A stretch of DNA of 64,000 bases, taken from Eledone cirrhosa (Eukaryota). Made by a program: the position numbers and the translations under genes. The notes beneath the pieces are model-generated. The model had not been told where the DNA came from. It saw only the letters and a program-made list of their open reading frames with translations, and ran no database searches. Of this stretch, positions 61,706 to 64,000 are shown in pieces (within the stretch, counting starts at the first letter, position 1; the number at the start of each line of letters is the position of its first letter). The DNA lies in assembly GCA_964016885.1 (NCBI GenBank), contig OZ024748.1, positions 310,001 through 374,000 on the forward strand, written 5' to 3'.

Positions 61706-64000
61706 TGGTTTCTGAATTAGTTGCAAAGCCAACAATTTTGTGAGAAGAGGGGAAAGTCGATTGAATTAACCCCAGGGCATTACTGGTACTTTATTTTATT
61801 GACTTCCATAAGAATGAAAGGCAAAGCTAACCTCCGCAGGATTTGAACTCAGAACGTAAAGGGCCATAACTATGCCACAAAGCATGTTGTCCGATGCCCT
61901 ACCAATTCTACTGCCAATCCACTGCCCTATATAAGGTTAATCTGGTAACAGAATGGTGTTCCTTGACGTAATAATAGAAAGTTAAGAGGAGATTCTTTAG
62001 TAAAGAATGAAAAGAGTTTTAAAAAGGAAAAAAATAAGAGATTCTGTGTGTGTATGTATGTACATGTGTGTGTGTGTGTGTGTGTATGAGTGTGTATGTA
62101 TGTGTGTGTGTGTATGTATATATGTATGTGTGTTTATGTACGTGTGTGTGTATGTACATACGTGCGTGCGCGTGTGTGTGTTTACCATCTTGTCTCCATC
62201 AACTTCAGCTGTTCTAATAATAATATTAATAATATCAGTGCAATAATAGCAGCTGCTGAAAGATAACCACTAACTATATATTTATCTACATACACTCAAA
62301 TGTACATACACACACACACACATACAGATAAACATATGCACACACACACATTTACTCTAGACGATTTTAAATGTGTGGCCTAAACACTAAAGGGTTATCT
62401 AAAAATAAGAACATATACACCAAGTATGTGTGTGTGAGAGCGTGTGTCTGTGTGTGAGTGTGTGTGTGAGAGTGTATGTGTGAGTGTGTATGTGGGTGTG
62501 TGTGAGTGCATGTGTGAGTGTGTCTAATTTGTTTTATCTTACAAACTTTTGTAAATTCTATTTTTACTTAGCTATGACAAGCACCATTCTCGATGGGAGA
62601 GTCCATCATATATCATCATCATCATTTTTATGCCCACTTTCCCATGGTATGGATCAGACAGGTTGGATGGATTGAGACACTGTTTTACATCCAGATGCCC
62701 TTCCTGAGGCCAACCCTTTTTGTCACCTCTTACCACACACATAAGGATACTGTGGACCTATTGTAAAAACTTAATAATTGTTTCTACTTACTGGTATTTT
62801 ATTTTATCGACCCCGTAAGAATGAAAGGGATTTGAACTCAGAATGGCAAGGGCCAATGGTTCTTTATTAGCCACACAGGGTTCACATTAAGGAAACATTA
62901 AAGACGGTACAGTGTGGGGTTTTTGTGTAAGATAGAATTTATAACAGAATAATGAGAGGGTTAGCCGTATTGCTAAAGAAATCCCTCCAAGCTTTCCAGT
63001 ATTCTAAAATTTAATTGACAATCATAAGCAGTGTCTTTCATTAAAAATATAATAATTGTTTCTACTTTAGGCACAAGGCCAGCAATTACCCAGTGCGTTA
63101 CTGGTACTTTATTTCATCGACCCCGTAAGGATGACAGGCAAAGTCAACCTCAGCGGGATTTGAACTCAGATCGTAAAGGGACGTAACTATGCTGGAAAGC
63201 ATGGCGTCCGACCCTCTACCAATAATAATGAAAGATTCCCGTAACTCCAGAGGGAGTTATAAGGGCACTGTATTGACATACATGTTAGAAATTAAACAGT
63301 GATGATGATATATATATAGCAAGCCACACCGTACACTGGAATAGTTCCTTTATTTTCCTCGGAAGAAGAGATATTAATCTTGAAATATCAGGACACATGA
63401 ATAAATTAAGATAAAAAAAACAACCCCTGTTTCTTATGACTTAATTATTTTCTGTGCAAGCCACATTGTCGTGGCTTACAAACTTCGAATTCTTTATATA
63501 TATATATATATATACACACACATAAATAAAATGAAAAATTAATTCAATCTGTTAAGCACCAAGTTGTCAAAAACCACCTCTGGTAAATTGTTCCAATTTA
63601 AATTCAAATTGTAGATTGTAATCTCAATATTACACAACAGAGAAGGGCAATGAATTGGCTGAATCATTAGAGCATCAGATAAAATGATTTGCAGTATTTA
63701 ATTATGACTTTTTACCCCAGGAGTACAAAAAAATAAGAGTTGTTAAAAGAGCTGATAAACTCCTCAGAGTCGATGGCCATCCACTCCAACTATGGGTTAA
63801 ATAGCTTCACCCACCCACAATTGGCCAGGTGTGTTAAATATGGATACACCCCTGAAGACATGACCAAAACCAGACAGAAAGCACTGGAGGTCAACCATGG
63901 AGGGGTTCATCCAACAGGAGTGAAAACGGATAGGAATGGATCTATGTGGTGAGTTCAAATCCAGCTGAGGTCAACTTTACCTTTCATCCTTACAGGGTTG

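Noticed and set aside
63850-63890. CTGAAGA...GAAA hammerhead-like words
   Set aside because: There is no stem II pairing and no valid NUH site with stem I

Overview
This is AT-rich, microsatellite-dense eukaryotic DNA. The SINE/LINE complement looks like a coleoid cephalopod (Octopus-like), which is an inference. Three host loci are visible. (1) Eleven coding exons of an alanine aminotransferase (GPT/GPT2-like) gene lie on the minus strand at 30624-45211; I did not find its N-terminal exon(s) in the window. (2) A complete 5-exon, 262-aa plus-strand gene at 11813-19547 encodes a Lys-rich N-terminus, an EF-hand-like pair, a CxxC linker and a C-terminal domain ending LFYDF..DCPIL..DYYF; its function is unknown. 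(3) A broken exportin-T (XPOT) copy on the minus strand at 4879-6785 has a frameshifting internal deletion. The rest is mobile and repetitive DNA. It includes the 5' end of a Ty3/Gypsy element with a -1 frameshift signal (slippery site plus pseudoknot), RTE LINEs with a C4HC3 PHD finger inside the RT region, and an RTE with twin-priming inversion geometry and a 13-bp TSD. It also includes Penelope remnants with minimal hammerhead ribozymes, Tx1/L1, CR1 and CRE-like fragments, tRNA-SINE arrays, piggyBac-type MITEs, a Helitron-like element and several minisatellites. All coordinates were read by eye and all protein assignments rest on recalled sequences; no searches were run.
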